In this document: in pieces, positions 19,708-29,778 of the stretch
How positions within the stretch are numbered: the first letter of the stretch is position 1
How the letters are laid out: every line of letters begins with the position of its first letter
DNA from: Desulfobacterales bacterium
GTDB lineage: Bacteria > Desulfobacterota > Desulfobacteria > Desulfobacterales > UBA2174
NCBI GenBank assembly: GCA_963668645.2
Contig: CAXXWC010000018.1
Location: 64,001 to 128,000 of the forward strand
Length of the DNA stretch: 64,000 bases
Direction of reading: 5' to 3'
Translations under genes and position numbers: made by a program
The notes under the pieces: generated by a model
What the model was told of the DNA's origin: nothing
The model's database searches: none
What the model saw: only the letters and a program-made list of their open reading frames with translations

Positions 19708-20454
19708 ATGCAACCGATGATTACAGTATGGCCCCTTTTGCGGTGGGGCCTGTTGGCCCTCATGATCTGCCTTTTCGGGGCGGTGTCCGCGGCGGCCCAG
19801 AGCACCGATCCTTTCACCGCGCTGGACAGCCAGTTCGAAAGTCAGCGTCTGGAGATTGCCGATCCGCTGCACTCCTGGAACCGGCTGATGTTCCGGTTCA
19901 ACGACCGGCTCTATTTCTGGTTCCTCAAGCCCGTGGCCGAAGTCTACAAAGATGTGGTTCCTGAACCGCCGCGAATCGGTATCCGGAATTTTTTTACAAA
20001 CCTTGCGGCACCGGTAAGATTCGTCTCCTGCCTGCTGCAAGGCAAGCTCAAGCGGGCCGAGGCCGAGTTTGGCGCGTTTTTGGTCAATTCCACGATAGGC
20101 GTCCTTGGCTTCGGCAATCCAGCGGCCGGCGAGGCGCGCCTGAGGGTTCCCAAAGAAGACCTGGGCCAGACCTTCGGCGTATGGGGATTGGGCCACGGCT
20201 GCTACATCGTGTGGCCCGTGCTCGGACCTTCCTCGCTGCGCGACAGTCTGGGGATTGTCGGCGGCCACTTTCTCGAACCGCTGACCTATGTCGACCCGTC
20301 CGAGGTCGCCTTTGCGGCCAGCGGGTTCGAGGCCATCAACACCACTTCACTGCACATCGGCGAGTACGAAGCGCTTAAGAAGGACGCCGTCGCACCCTAC
20401 GAAGCGATGCGCGATGCCTATGTGCAGTTCCGGCAGCGCCAGGTCGACCGGTAA
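19708..20454 (+). CDS. MlaA/VacJ-family protein
   Basis: DPLHSWNRLMFRFND, NFFTNL, NSTIGVLG, EDLGQTFGVWG, WPVLGPSSLRD, YEAMRDAYVQ. Confidence 0.9.
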   Translation: MQPMITVWPLLRWGLLALMICLFGAVSAAAQSTDPFTALDSQFESQRLEIADPLHSWNRLMFRFNDRLYFWFLKPVAEVYKDVVPEPPRIGIRNFFTNLAAPVRFVSCLLQGKLKRAEAEFGAFLVNSTIGVLGFGNPAAGEARLRVPKEDLGQTFGVWGLGHGCYIVWPVLGPSSLRDSLGIVGGHFLEPLTYVDPSEVAFAASGFEAINTTSLHIGEYEALKKDAVAPYEAMRDAYVQFRQRQVDR

Positions 20455-20489
20455 TCCGGGGCGCGGCCTTTTACTTCTCCGGCCTTCTG

Positions 20490-21401
20490 CTACGAGAGGG
20501 GTTGGGATACCGGAAGCCGGATATTGTTCATCTGCTCCAATGCCAGTGCCAGTGCCTGGGTGCCGCGGCGGCCTCCCCCGTTGGCCTGCACCGCCAGATA
20601 GAGCTGCTCGACCAGGGCCAGCCCCGGAAGGGCCAGGGACATGCGCCGCGCCTCGGACAGGGCGATTGCCATATCCTTGATGAAGTGGGAAACGAAGAAG
20701 CCGGGCTCGAAGTCGCGCCGTAAAATCCGCGGTGCCAGGTTTTCCAGACTCCAGCAGGCCGCCGCGCCGCCGCTGATGCTCGCCAGAACCGTTTCCATGT
20801 CCAGACCGGTGCGATACGCGTAGACCATCGCTTCGCAGACGCCGATCATGTTGCCGGCAATCACGATCTGATTGCACATCTTGGTGTGCTGGCCGGCGCC
20901 CGCCGCGCCCTGGTGCACGATGGTACGGCCCAGGCACTGCAAAAGGGGCCGGACCCGCGCCAGGGCCTCGGGATCGCCGCCCGCCATGATCGAAAGAGTC
21001 GCGTTGCGCGCCCCCACATCACCTCCCGAGACCGGGGCATCGATGGCGTAAAGGCCCCGGGCTTCGGCCCTGCGGGCGATTTCGGCGGCCAGGGTCGGTT
21101 CCGAAGTCGTCATGTCGACCAGCACGGTTCCAGGATCGGCCGCCATTAGCAGGCCTTGGTCGCCCAGGTAGATTTTCCGCACGTCCGCCGGTGTGCCGAC
21201 CATGGTAAAGACCACCCGGGCATCTTCGGCCGCCGCCGCCGGGGTTTCGGCCCGGCGTGCGCCGGCGGCAATCAGGGGGGCGGCTTTTTCCGGACTGCGG
21301 TTGTAGACGGTGAGTCGATGACCGTGCTGGATAAGATGCTGGCACATTGGACGGCCCATGACACCGGTGCCGATCCATCCGATCTGCTCGATTGAAGACA
21401 T
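20490..21401 (-). CDS. Beta-hydroxyacid dehydrogenase (3-hydroxyisobutyrate dehydrogenase / tartronate semialdehyde reductase family)
   Basis: [36 protein letters not shown]. Confidence 0.9.
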   Translation of the reverse strand: MSSIEQIGWIGTGVMGRPMCQHLIQHGHRLTVYNRSPEKAAPLIAAGARRAETPAAAAEDARVVFTMVGTPADVRKIYLGDQGLLMAADPGTVLVDMTTSEPTLAAEIARRAEARGLYAIDAPVSGGDVGARNATLSIMAGGDPEALARVRPLLQCLGRTIVHQGAAGAGQHTKMCNQIVIAGNMIGVCEAMVYAYRTGLDMETVLASISGGAAACWSLENLAPRILRRDFEPGFFVSHFIKDMAIALSEARRMSLALPGLALVEQLYLAVQANGGGRRGTQALALALEQMNNIRLPVSQPLS

Positions 21402-21667
21402 CGTTGATCTCCTTGTGGTGGGGTAGGGGAAAAGCGTATTGGTGCCACCTTCCAGGTGCGCATATCAGGATATCCGCACGGCCGCAAGCCGGACACTCCC
21501 TTGCCCTGTCCTTGACAGGCTTTTGAATCCCGCGGACTGACGGGCTTGACAAAATGCGCGATCCGAATATGGTAAGAACGCTGCTTGCGCGGCCTGACGC
21601 AAGGCGGAAGGTGGCACGCAAGCCGGGCGATTACCACATGCAAAAGGGGGAGGATGCGTTGACACCG

Positions 21668-23248
21668 ATGCGCGTGCTGGTCAGTGATAATCTGGATCCC
21701 AGCGGAATCGAATTGATGGCGGCTGAAGAGGCGATCCAGGTCGATGTGAAAACCGGACTGGCGCCCGAGGCGCTAAGGCAGATCATCGGCGAATACGATG
21801 CTCTGGCGATTCGCAGTGCCACTCGCGTGGACGCCGAGCTGCTTCAGGCGGCCACGCGGCTCAAGGTGGTGGGGCGGGCCGGGATCGGACTGGACAATGT
21901 CGATATCCCCGAGGCCACCCGGCGTGGCATCGTGGTGATGAACACCCCGGACGGCAACGTTGTCACCACCGCCGAGCATGCCATTGCCATGATGCTGGCC
22001 TTGACGCGCAACATCCCCAGGGGGACCGCCTCGCTCAAGGCGGGAAACTGGGACAAAAAGCGCCTTCAGGGCCGGGAACTCTTCCATAAAGTGGTGGGTG
22101 TCGTGGGCTACGGCAAGATCGGTTCCATCGTGGCCGACCGCGCCCGGGGGCTTAAAATGCGGGTGGTGGTGCACGATCCGTACGTTCAGCCCGAGCGGAT
22201 CGAAAAGGACGGCTTCGAGGCGGTTTCCTTCGAGCAACTGCTTTCGCGGGCCGACTATATCACCATCCATGTGCCCAAGCTCAAAGACACTTCGGGCATG
22301 ATCGACGCGGCCGCCTTTGCCCGGATGAAGGACGGCGTGATGCTGATCAACTGCGCCCGGGGCGGAATCGTCAATGAGGATGATCTGCTGGCGGCCCTGG
22401 AGGCCGGCAAGGTGGCCGGGGCGGCCCTGGATGTTTTTGCGGTCGAACCTCCCGGTGCCAGTGCGCTGATCGCCCATGAACGGGTGATATGCACGCCCCA
22501 TCTGGGCGCTTCGACCAAGGAGGCCCAAACCAACGTGGCGGTGGCCGTGGCCCGCCAGATCGTGGCTTTTCTCAAAGACGGCACCATCCTGAATGCGGTC
22601 AACGTGCCTTCGGTGACCGGCGACCTGCTCGTCAAACTCCAACCCCTGCTCTCGATGGGCGAGCAGATCGGCCGGCTCCAGGCCCAGTTGATTGACGGCC
22701 CGTTGACAGAGGTGGCCATAGAGTACGCCGGCGATTTTCCCGGACTGGACCTGGCCCCGGTGACCACCGCGGTGCTCAAGGGGATGCTCACCCGGGAGGT
22801 AAAGGACGATGTGAACTACGTCAACGCGCCGGTGCTGGCCAAAAACCGGGGGATCCGGGTAACCGAGACCACCAGCAACGCTTCGGAAGAATACCTTAAC
22901 CTGGTGAGGGTGCGGGTGGCGACTACCGAAATGACCAGCACCGTGGCCGGAACGGTATTCGGCAAGCGCGACAGCCGGATTGTGCGCATCAATAATTTCC
23001 GCCTCGAGATGATTCCCGAAGGCCATCTGGCCCTGATCTACAACATCGACAAGCCCGGCTCCATCGGTCAGATCGGTTCGACCCTCGGCCGCCGCGGGAT
23101 CAATATCGGACGCATGCAAGTCGGCCAAGAGCAAGGCGGTGACCGCAACATCATCTTTCTGACCACCGATACGCCGATTCCGCCGTCCGTGCTGGCGGAA
23201 CTCAACAGCCTATCGCTGGTCAAAAGCGCCATTGCGCTGGAGTTTTGA
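21668..23248 (+). CDS. serA: D-3-phosphoglycerate dehydrogenase
   Basis: GRAGIGLDN, GYGKIG, INCARGG, TPHLGAST, C-terminal ACT domain; start may be TTG at 21659. Confidence 0.95.
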   Translation: MRVLVSDNLDPSGIELMAAEEAIQVDVKTGLAPEALRQIIGEYDALAIRSATRVDAELLQAATRLKVVGRAGIGLDNVDIPEATRRGIVVMNTPDGNVVTTAEHAIAMMLALTRNIPRGTASLKAGNWDKKRLQGRELFHKVVGVVGYGKIGSIVADRARGLKMRVVVHDPYVQPERIEKDGFEAVSFEQLLSRADYITIHVPKLKDTSGMIDAAAFARMKDGVMLINCARGGIVNEDDLLAALEAGKVAGAALDVFAVEPPGASALIAHERVICTPHLGASTKEAQTNVAVAVARQIVAFLKDGTILNAVNVPSVTGDLLVKLQPLLSMGEQIGRLQAQLIDGPLTEVAIEYAGDFPGLDLAPVTTAVLKGMLTREVKDDVNYVNAPVLAKNRGIRVTETTSNASEEYLNLVRVRVATTEMTSTVAGTVFGKRDSRIVRINNFRLEMIPEGHLALIYNIDKPGSIGQIGSTLGRRGINIGRMQVGQEQGGDRNIIFLTTDTPIPPSVLAELNSLSLVKSAIALEF

Positions 23249-23294
23249 CCACGCCGCCGCAGCGAGCCGAGCGGCATCCACAGGAGAGCGCGCC

Positions 23295-23624
23295 ATGACC
23301 GACCCGAAGAAGTTCGTAATGCGTGAAGCCGAAGCGCCCTGCGGCGAGGGGAAAAAGCGCGGGGCCGATGGGATCTGCATGCCGGAGGTCAGTTTCTCGA
23401 CCTTTGTGCTGTCGCTGAATGCATCCGCCCTGGTGCATCTCGGTGTGCTGGAGAATCCGGAAACCGGACAAAAACAGCAGAACCTGGCCATGGGGAAACA
23501 AACCATTGACATTCTAGGGCTCCTCGAAGAAAAAACCCGCGGCAATCTGACCGCGGATGAGGAGGGGCTGCTTAAAAACCTGCTCTATGATCTGCGCCTG
23601 ATTTATGTGCGCGAAAAACGCTGA
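23295..23624 (+). CDS. DUF1844-family protein
   Basis: FSTFVLSL...ALVHLG...KQTIDILGLLEEKTRGNLT...LYDLRL; CAGGAG SD. Confidence 0.8.
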   Translation: MTDPKKFVMREAEAPCGEGKKRGADGICMPEVSFSTFVLSLNASALVHLGVLENPETGQKQQNLAMGKQTIDILGLLEEKTRGNLTADEEGLLKNLLYDLRLIYVREKR

Positions 23625-24480
23625 ACGGCCGCCTTATTACATTCGCGCACCAGCCAAGATCAATCTCCACCTGGCGGTAACCGGGCGGCGGGCGGACGGC
23701 TATCACGAAATCGTTTCACTGATGGCCGCCGTGAGCCTCTACGACGAATTATGGCTCGATCCGGCCGCCGGGCAAATCCGTATTGAATGCAGCACCCCGG
23801 AGGTTCCCCGGGACCAGAGCAACTTGGCCGCCAGGGCGGCCAGGGCTTTTTTCGAAGCTGCCGGCCTGCGGCCGGGGGTGGCGATCCGTATCGACAAACG
23901 GATTCCGGTGGGCGCCGGCCTCGGCGGCGGCAGCAGCGATGCGGCCGCCGTACTCACCGGGCTGAACCGCTATTTTGGCCGGCCGCTGGACTTGGCCCGA
24001 CTTCACCGGCTGGCCGCCGGTTTGGGTGCCGATGTCCCATTTTTCTTGTCCGCCCGGCCGGTCTTGGCCACGGGGATCGGGGATCGATTGTGCCGCTATG
24101 GGGGATTGGCCCCCATGCGGGTTCTGATCGTTTTCCCGGGGGTCGCGGTGTCGACGGCCAGGGTCTACGGTGCCGTCAGATTGCGATTGACAGCTTGTGG
24201 AAAAAAATCTAAGGTTTCCGCTTTGAAGGCACAGCCCTTCGATGTCAAGCGTCATCTTTGCAATGATTTAGAACCAGTGGCCGCTGCCATGTGTCCGGAA
24301 ATTACCGAGGCCAAGGCTGCGCTTTTGGCGCAGGGGGCCGACGGCGCTCTGATGACGGGCAGTGGATCGGCCGTCTTCGGGCTTTTCAAAGAGGCGGACA
24401 AAGCCGTGCGGGCCGCTCGGGTTATCGCTGAATGCGGTTCCAGGAAGTGGCGGATTTTTGATGCGGATTTGATCCTTTGA
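23605..24480 (+). CDS. ispE: 4-diphosphocytidyl-2-C-methyl-D-erythritol kinase
   Basis: APAKINLHL, KRIPVGAGLGGGSSDAA, LGADVPFF, MTGSGSAVF. Confidence 0.95.
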   Translation: MCAKNAERPPYYIRAPAKINLHLAVTGRRADGYHEIVSLMAAVSLYDELWLDPAAGQIRIECSTPEVPRDQSNLAARAARAFFEAAGLRPGVAIRIDKRIPVGAGLGGGSSDAAAVLTGLNRYFGRPLDLARLHRLAAGLGADVPFFLSARPVLATGIGDRLCRYGGLAPMRVLIVFPGVAVSTARVYGAVRLRLTACGKKSKVSALKAQPFDVKRHLCNDLEPVAAAMCPEITEAKAALLAQGADGALMTGSGSAVFGLFKEADKAVRAARVIAECGSRKWRIFDADLIL

Positions 24481-24540
24481 TGGATCGACAACGGGTCGTT
24501 TCAAGGGATCCGTTGCATTTTACCGGGTATGCAGATTGCT

Positions 24541-24615
24541 TGGGGCGTCGTCAAGCGGTAAGACACAGGATTTTGGTTCCTGCATTCGGAGGTTCGAATC
24601 CTCCCGCCCCAGCCA
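24541..24615 (+). tRNA. tRNA-Gln (anticodon TTG)
   Basis: Acceptor stem TGGGGCG/CGCCCCA, anticodon arm CAGGA-TTTTGGT-TCCTG, T-loop GGTTCGAATCC, encoded CCA; canonical ispE-tRNAGln-prs context. Confidence 0.97.
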
Positions 24616-24656
24616 CTCGCAATGATTGCGGCCGGTCTGCCACCCGTGGAGTCGAC

Positions 24657-25607
24657 ATGGATGACAAGGTAAAGGATTTCGTCATTTTTGCCGGAAATTC
24701 GAATCCGGCGTTGGCCCAACGAATTTGCGATTACCTTGGGGTGAGCCTGGGCCAGGCCAAGGTCAAGACCTTCAGCGACGGCGAGATCCAGATCGAAATC
24801 AACGAGAACGTGCGCCTGAAGGACGTTTTCGTGATCCAGTCCACCTGCTGTCCGGTCAACGACAATCTGGTGGAACTCCTGTTGATGATCGACGCCTTCA
24901 AGCGCTCCTCGTGCCGGCGGATCCATGCCGTGATCCCCTATTACGGATACGCGCGACAGGATAAGAAAGTCGCTCCCCGGGTGCCGATCAGTGCCAAGCT
25001 GGTGGCCAACCTGATCACCCAGGCGGGGGCCAGCCGAATCATCAGCATGGACCTGCATGCCGGCCAGATCCAGGGCTTTTTCGATATTCCGGTGGATCAC
25101 CTCTTTGCCGCACCGGTGATTCTGGAGCACATCCGGACTCACTTTGACAGCAACCTGGTCATCGTTTCGCCGGACGCCGGCGGCGCCGAACGGGCCCGGG
25201 CTTATGCCAAGCGGCTCAACTGCTCCATGGCGGTGGTGGACAAACGGCGTGACCGGCCCAACGAATCGCGGGTCATGTCGGTGATCGGCGAGGTAGACGG
25301 CAAGCACGCCGTGATTCTTGACGACATGGTCGACACGGCCGGAACCCTTACCGGTGCGGCCCAGGCCTTGATGGACAAGGGGGCAGAGGCGGTCTATGCT
25401 TGCTGCAGCCATCCGGTTTTATCCGGACCGGCCCTTGAGCGTATCCAGGCGTCCCCCATACGCCAGGTGATTGTGACCGATACGATCCCGCTGAGTGATC
25501 AGGCCGTGGCGACCGGACGTTTCAAAGTTCTTTCGGTGGCGGCGCTGATGGGCGAAGCCATTGTGCGCAGCGTCACCGGTGACTCGGTGACTTCGCTTTT
25601 TGTTTAA
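24657..25607 (+). CDS. prs: Ribose-phosphate pyrophosphokinase
   Basis: FSDGEI, PYYGYARQD, DLHAGQIQGFF, SPDAGG, DDMVDTAGT. Confidence 0.97.
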   Translation: MDDKVKDFVIFAGNSNPALAQRICDYLGVSLGQAKVKTFSDGEIQIEINENVRLKDVFVIQSTCCPVNDNLVELLLMIDAFKRSSCRRIHAVIPYYGYARQDKKVAPRVPISAKLVANLITQAGASRIISMDLHAGQIQGFFDIPVDHLFAAPVILEHIRTHFDSNLVIVSPDAGGAERARAYAKRLNCSMAVVDKRRDRPNESRVMSVIGEVDGKHAVILDDMVDTAGTLTGAAQALMDKGAEAVYACCSHPVLSGPALERIQASPIRQVIVTDTIPLSDQAVATGRFKVLSVAALMGEAIVRSVTGDSVTSLFV

Positions 25608-25648
25608 ATGCGATTGATTAAAGTTCGACCCTCAAGGAGGAACACGTT

Positions 25649-26269
25649 TTGGACTTCATTTCCCTGTCAACCCAACCCCGCGTCCAGAAAGGCAAGGGGG
25701 CGGCCAGAACCCTGCGCCGGGAGGGACGTATCCCGGCGGTGCTCTACGGACCGAACACGGCTCCGATCATGCTTTCGGTCAACCTGACCGAAATGGAAAA
25801 TGCACTCAAGAAACGTACGGCTTCCCTGGCCGTTTTTAAACTGGCGGTGGATGACCCCGATCGGCCCGACCGGCCGGCCATGCTCAAGGAACTGCAGGAT
25901 GATCCGGTCACCGGTCGATTCATTCATGCCGATTTTTATCAGATTGACGAAGCGCACAAGGTGCATGTGCGCGTACCGGTGGTCACCGTTGGCAAGTGCA
26001 AGGGCGTCGAGTTGGGCGGTATGCTTCAAGTCATTCGCCGCCAGCTGGAAGTCCTCTGCCTGCCGCAAAGCATACCCCAGAAGATCGAGATCGATATCAG
26101 CGAGCTGGGGGTTGGTGAAGCGGTGCATGTGGCCGATATCCAAGCCGGTTCGGGGGTCGAAATTCCCCACGATGTCAATTTTACCGTCGTGACCGTCCTG
26201 AGTACCCGCAAGACAGAAGGTGACGCCGGCGAGGAAGAAGAAGGCGCCGAGGCGGAGGAAGAGGCCTGA
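25649..26269 (+). CDS. rplY: 50S ribosomal protein L25 / Ctc
   Basis: GKGAARTLRREGRIPAVLYG, HADF, acidic tail; TTG start after AAGGAGG. Confidence 0.95.
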   Translation: MDFISLSTQPRVQKGKGAARTLRREGRIPAVLYGPNTAPIMLSVNLTEMENALKKRTASLAVFKLAVDDPDRPDRPAMLKELQDDPVTGRFIHADFYQIDEAHKVHVRVPVVTVGKCKGVELGGMLQVIRRQLEVLCLPQSIPQKIEIDISELGVGEAVHVADIQAGSGVEIPHDVNFTVVTVLSTRKTEGDAGEEEEGAEAEEEA

Positions 26270-26874
26270 CGGAAGCTCCGGGCGCCGCGAGCGCAGGCAG
26301 GGAGTCTTTCCTGGTCGTGGGCCTTGGCAATCCGGGGGAGACTTACAGCCATACGCGGCACAACGTCGGTTTCCAGGTCGTGTCGGTTTTGGCCGCGACA
26401 GCCCGGATCCGCCTTGCTTCCACAGACGCGGATCGACGTTGGGGGCGGGGGCGTCTCGCCGGCCGATCCGTCGTTCTGGTTCAACCCCTGGCTTACATGA
26501 ACCGCAGTGGACCGCCGGTCCACCGCTTGATGGAAGAGCTGGAGATTGGCCGCAGGGAGATGCTCGTCGTTCACGACGACATCGACTTGGCGTTGGGCAG
26601 ATTAAAAATCAAAGAGAAAGGGGGCGATGGGGGACACAGAGGGATTCGATCGTTGATGGATGCCTTGGGCGACGGTGATTTTTGCCGGCTGCGCATCGGC
26701 ATCGGGCGGCCGCCCCCGGGAACCGATGTGGCAGACCATGTGCTGGCAGATTTTACTTCCCAAGAGACTGCCATCATGGATGCCGCCATCGAGCGGGCCT
26801 GCGAGGCGGTGGCCAGCGTTCTGGTCGACGGCGCCAGAGCGGCGATGAACAGATTCAACATCCGCGAACCGTAA
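26266..26874 (+). CDS. pth: Peptidyl-tRNA hydrolase
   Basis: GLGNPG, TRHNVGF, YMNRSG, VHDDID, GGHRG, RLRIGIGRP. Start proposed at CTG 26266; the first canonical start is GTG 26317. Confidence 0.93.
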   Translation: MTEAPGAASAGRESFLVVGLGNPGETYSHTRHNVGFQVVSVLAATARIRLASTDADRRWGRGRLAGRSVVLVQPLAYMNRSGPPVHRLMEELEIGRREMLVVHDDIDLALGRLKIKEKGGDGGHRGIRSLMDALGDGDFCRLRIGIGRPPPGTDVADHVLADFTSQETAIMDAAIERACEAVASVLVDGARAAMNRFNIREP

Positions 26875-26901
26875 TTCTAGCCAAGGGATATGGAGGAAAG
26901 A

Positions 26902-28911
26902 ATGGACGTTGTAATGAACAACATACCGCTGATTTGTACGTTGGTCGGGGTTGTTGGGGTTGCCTTCGCGATTATCCTCGCCGGTATCGTCAAGGGCGCA
27001 CCTGCAGGAAACGAGAAGATGCAGGCCATCGCCGGCGCTATCCAGGAAGGTGCCATTGCCTACCTGAACCGGCAGCTCAAAAGCATGGGAATCGCCGGTA
27101 TCATCATTTTTGGTGTTATTTTTGCCACCATGGGGTCCAAGACCGCCATCGGGTTCATGATTGGCGCCGTCGCCTCGTTCATGGCCGGCTACATCGGCAT
27201 GCGGGTCTCCGTGCTGGCCAACGTGCGCACGGCTGAAGCGGCCAGAAAAGGCATGTCTGCCGGCCTTTCCATGGCCTTCAAGGGCGGCAGTGTGACCGGC
27301 ATGATCGTTGCCGGACTAGCCCTGACGTCCGTGGCCGGGTACTACACCGCCACCCATGACGTCATCGCCCTGGTCGCCCTCGGTTTCGGTGGCAGCCTGA
27401 TCTCCATCTTCGCCCGTCTGGGTGGTGGTATCTTCACCAAAGGGGCCGATGTGGGTGCCGACCTGGTGGGCAAGGTCGAAGCCGGGATTCCCGAGGACGA
27501 CCCCAGAAATCCGGCCACCATCGCCGACAACGTGGGCGACAACGTGGGTGACTGTGCCGGTATGGCCGCCGACCTGTTCGAGACCTATGCCGTTACCGCC
27601 GTGGCCGCCATGCTCATCGGCCACCTGCTGTTCCCCAAGGTGCCGATGGCGACGGAGTTCCCGCTGATTCTCGGCGCCATCTCCATCATCGCCTCAATGA
27701 TCGCCGTGTTCTTTGTCCGTCTGGGCAGCGGCGGCTACATCATGGGCGCCCTCTATAAAGGCATGTTCGGCGCCGCTATCATCGCTGCCGTCGCCTTTTT
27801 CTATGCCTGCACGAAGTATATGGGGAATCTGGGCACCATTTCCGCAATGCATATTTACTACTGCACCCTGATCGGTCTGGTGCTGACCGTGGTGATCGTT
27901 ATCATCACCGAATACTACACCGGCATCTACGGCCCGGTAAAAAGCATTGCCGAGGCCTCGACCACCGGCCACGGCACCAACATCATCGCCGGTCTGGCTG
28001 TCTCCATGCAGGCCACTGCACTGCCGGTCCTGGCCATCTGTCTGGCCATCCTGCTGGCTTTTAAATTCGCCGGCCTCTACGGCATCGCCATGGCCGCCAT
28101 GTCCATGCTCTCCATGACCGGTATGGTCATCGCCATCGATGCCTACGGCCCGATCACCGACAACGCCGGTGGTATCGCTGAAATGGCCGAGATGGACGAG
28201 AGCGTGCGCGCCGTCACCGATCCGCTGGATGCCGTCGGTAACACCACCAAGGCCGTTACCAAAGGCTACGCCATCGGTTCCGCCGGTCTGGCCGCCCTGG
28301 TGCTGTTCGCTGCCTACGTCATGGAATTCCAGATGCAGGGCGCCGAAAAAGCGATTAAATTCGATCTTTCCGATGTCAACGTCATCGTCGGTTTGTTCAT
28401 CGGCGGCCTGCTGCCCTACCTGTTCGCCTCGATCGCCATGAAGGCTGTCGGAAACGCCGGCGGCGCGGTCGTCGAGGAAGTCCGTCGCCAGTTCCGCGAA
28501 ATTCCGGGCATCATGGAAGGAACCGCGAAACCGGATTACGGTGCATGCGTAGACATCGTCACCAAGTTCGCCCTGAAAGAGATGCTGGTCCCGGCGCTGC
28601 TGCCCGTGGTCGCGCCTCTGCTGGTGGGCTTCCTGCTTGGCAAAATCGCCCTGGGCGGCCTGCTGATCGGCTCCATCGTTACCGGTGTGTTCGTGGCCCT
28701 GTCCATGACCACCGGCGGCGCTGCCTGGGACAATGCCAAGAAGTACATCGAGGACGGCCACCTGGGCGGCAAGGGCTCCGATGCCCACAAGGCCGCGGTC
28801 ACCGGCGACACCGTAGGCGACCCGTACAAGGATACGGCCGGCCCGGCGGTCAACCCGATGATCAAGATCCTCAACGTGGTGGCCCTGCTCATGGTGCCCT
28901 TCCTGCTGTAA
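26902..28911 (+). CDS. hppA: Membrane-bound ion-pumping pyrophosphatase, K+-independent type
   Basis: [55 protein letters not shown]. Confidence 0.96.
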   Translation: MDVVMNNIPLICTLVGVVGVAFAIILAGIVKGAPAGNEKMQAIAGAIQEGAIAYLNRQLKSMGIAGIIIFGVIFATMGSKTAIGFMIGAVASFMAGYIGMRVSVLANVRTAEAARKGMSAGLSMAFKGGSVTGMIVAGLALTSVAGYYTATHDVIALVALGFGGSLISIFARLGGGIFTKGADVGADLVGKVEAGIPEDDPRNPATIADNVGDNVGDCAGMAADLFETYAVTAVAAMLIGHLLFPKVPMATEFPLILGAISIIASMIAVFFVRLGSGGYIMGALYKGMFGAAIIAAVAFFYACTKYMGNLGTISAMHIYYCTLIGLVLTVVIVIITEYYTGIYGPVKSIAEASTTGHGTNIIAGLAVSMQATALPVLAICLAILLAFKFAGLYGIAMAAMSMLSMTGMVIAIDAYGPITDNAGGIAEMAEMDESVRAVTDPLDAVGNTTKAVTKGYAIGSAGLAALVLFAAYVMEFQMQGAEKAIKFDLSDVNVIVGLFIGGLLPYLFASIAMKAVGNAGGAVVEEVRRQFREIPGIMEGTAKPDYGACVDIVTKFALKEMLVPALLPVVAPLLVGFLLGKIALGGLLIGSIVTGVFVALSMTTGGAAWDNAKKYIEDGHLGGKGSDAHKAAVTGDTVGDPYKDTAGPAVNPMIKILNVVALLMVPFLL

Positions 28912-28941
28912 GCTCTTCAGCAGCCACGTAGTCCGATGCAG

Positions 28942-28983
28942 AAAAAGGATTGGCGTGCCATAGTGGTGCGCCAATCCTTTTTT
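28942..28983 (+). terminator. Rho-independent terminator after hppA
   Basis: AAAAAGGATTGGCGTGCCA-TAG-TGGTGCGCCAATCCTTTTTT. Confidence 0.88.
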
Positions 28984-29190
28984 ATTGATCCGTTTTTGCG
29001 CCCATGGTATAAAATTTAATAAATCTGATTCCTTTTGGCGTTGCAGCGGTCCGCTTTGAAGAAATTGACATGAATTTTGCTTGCCGTTCATGAGCTGTTG
29101 CGGCGTTTACATATTTCTGCCAACCCGGGAATCGCCTCCGTACCGCCGCCAGCAGCGCTACACCGACGCGGCGTTTCTTTGGTGGGTATC

Positions 29191-29763
29191 ATGGAAAATA
29201 AAAGCATAAATATCAAATCGAACGCCAAGGCCAAAACAGGTCGGTTTCGTATTGGCGACCTGGCGGTTTATCCGGCCCATGGGGTCGGGCGCATCGAAGC
29301 CATCGAAAGTCGCGAGGTAAACGGTGAGGCTCATGATTTTTACATCATGAAGGTGCTCGAAAACGACATGGTGATCATGATTCCCACCTGGAATGTCGAC
29401 TCGGTGGGGTTGCGCGACATCATCAACAAAAAGGATATTCCCAAGGTTTACGCAGTCATGCAGCAAAAGCAGGACGACGCCCTGGGAGAAGGGCAGACCT
29501 GGAACCGGCGTTATCGGGAATACATGGAGAAGATCAAGACCGGATCGCTCTTTGATGTGGCCGAGGTTTTTCGTGATCTCTCCCTGCTCAAGACCACCAA
29601 GGACCTTTCCTTCGGCGAACGCAAGCTCTACGATACGGCCCAGACCCTGCTGGTCAAGGAACTCTCCACCGCCCGCCAGACCGACGAGGCCACCATCGCC
29701 GCCGAATTGGAAGGGCTTTTTGTCCAGCCCAAAGAGGCTTCCTCCACCATGGAAGCCGGCTGA
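29191..29763 (+). CDS. CarD/CdnL-family RNA polymerase-binding regulator
   Basis: FRIGDLAVYPAHGVGRI, TWNRRYREYMEKIKTG, LSFGERK. Confidence 0.93.
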   Translation: MENKSINIKSNAKAKTGRFRIGDLAVYPAHGVGRIEAIESREVNGEAHDFYIMKVLENDMVIMIPTWNVDSVGLRDIINKKDIPKVYAVMQQKQDDALGEGQTWNRRYREYMEKIKTGSLFDVAEVFRDLSLLKTTKDLSFGERKLYDTAQTLLVKELSTARQTDEATIAAELEGLFVQPKEASSTMEAG

Positions 29764-29778
29764 GCCACCGCCCAATCA

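Noticed and set aside
24477..24656. N-terminal extension of prs
   Set aside because: It runs through tRNA-Gln; the likely start is ATG 24657.
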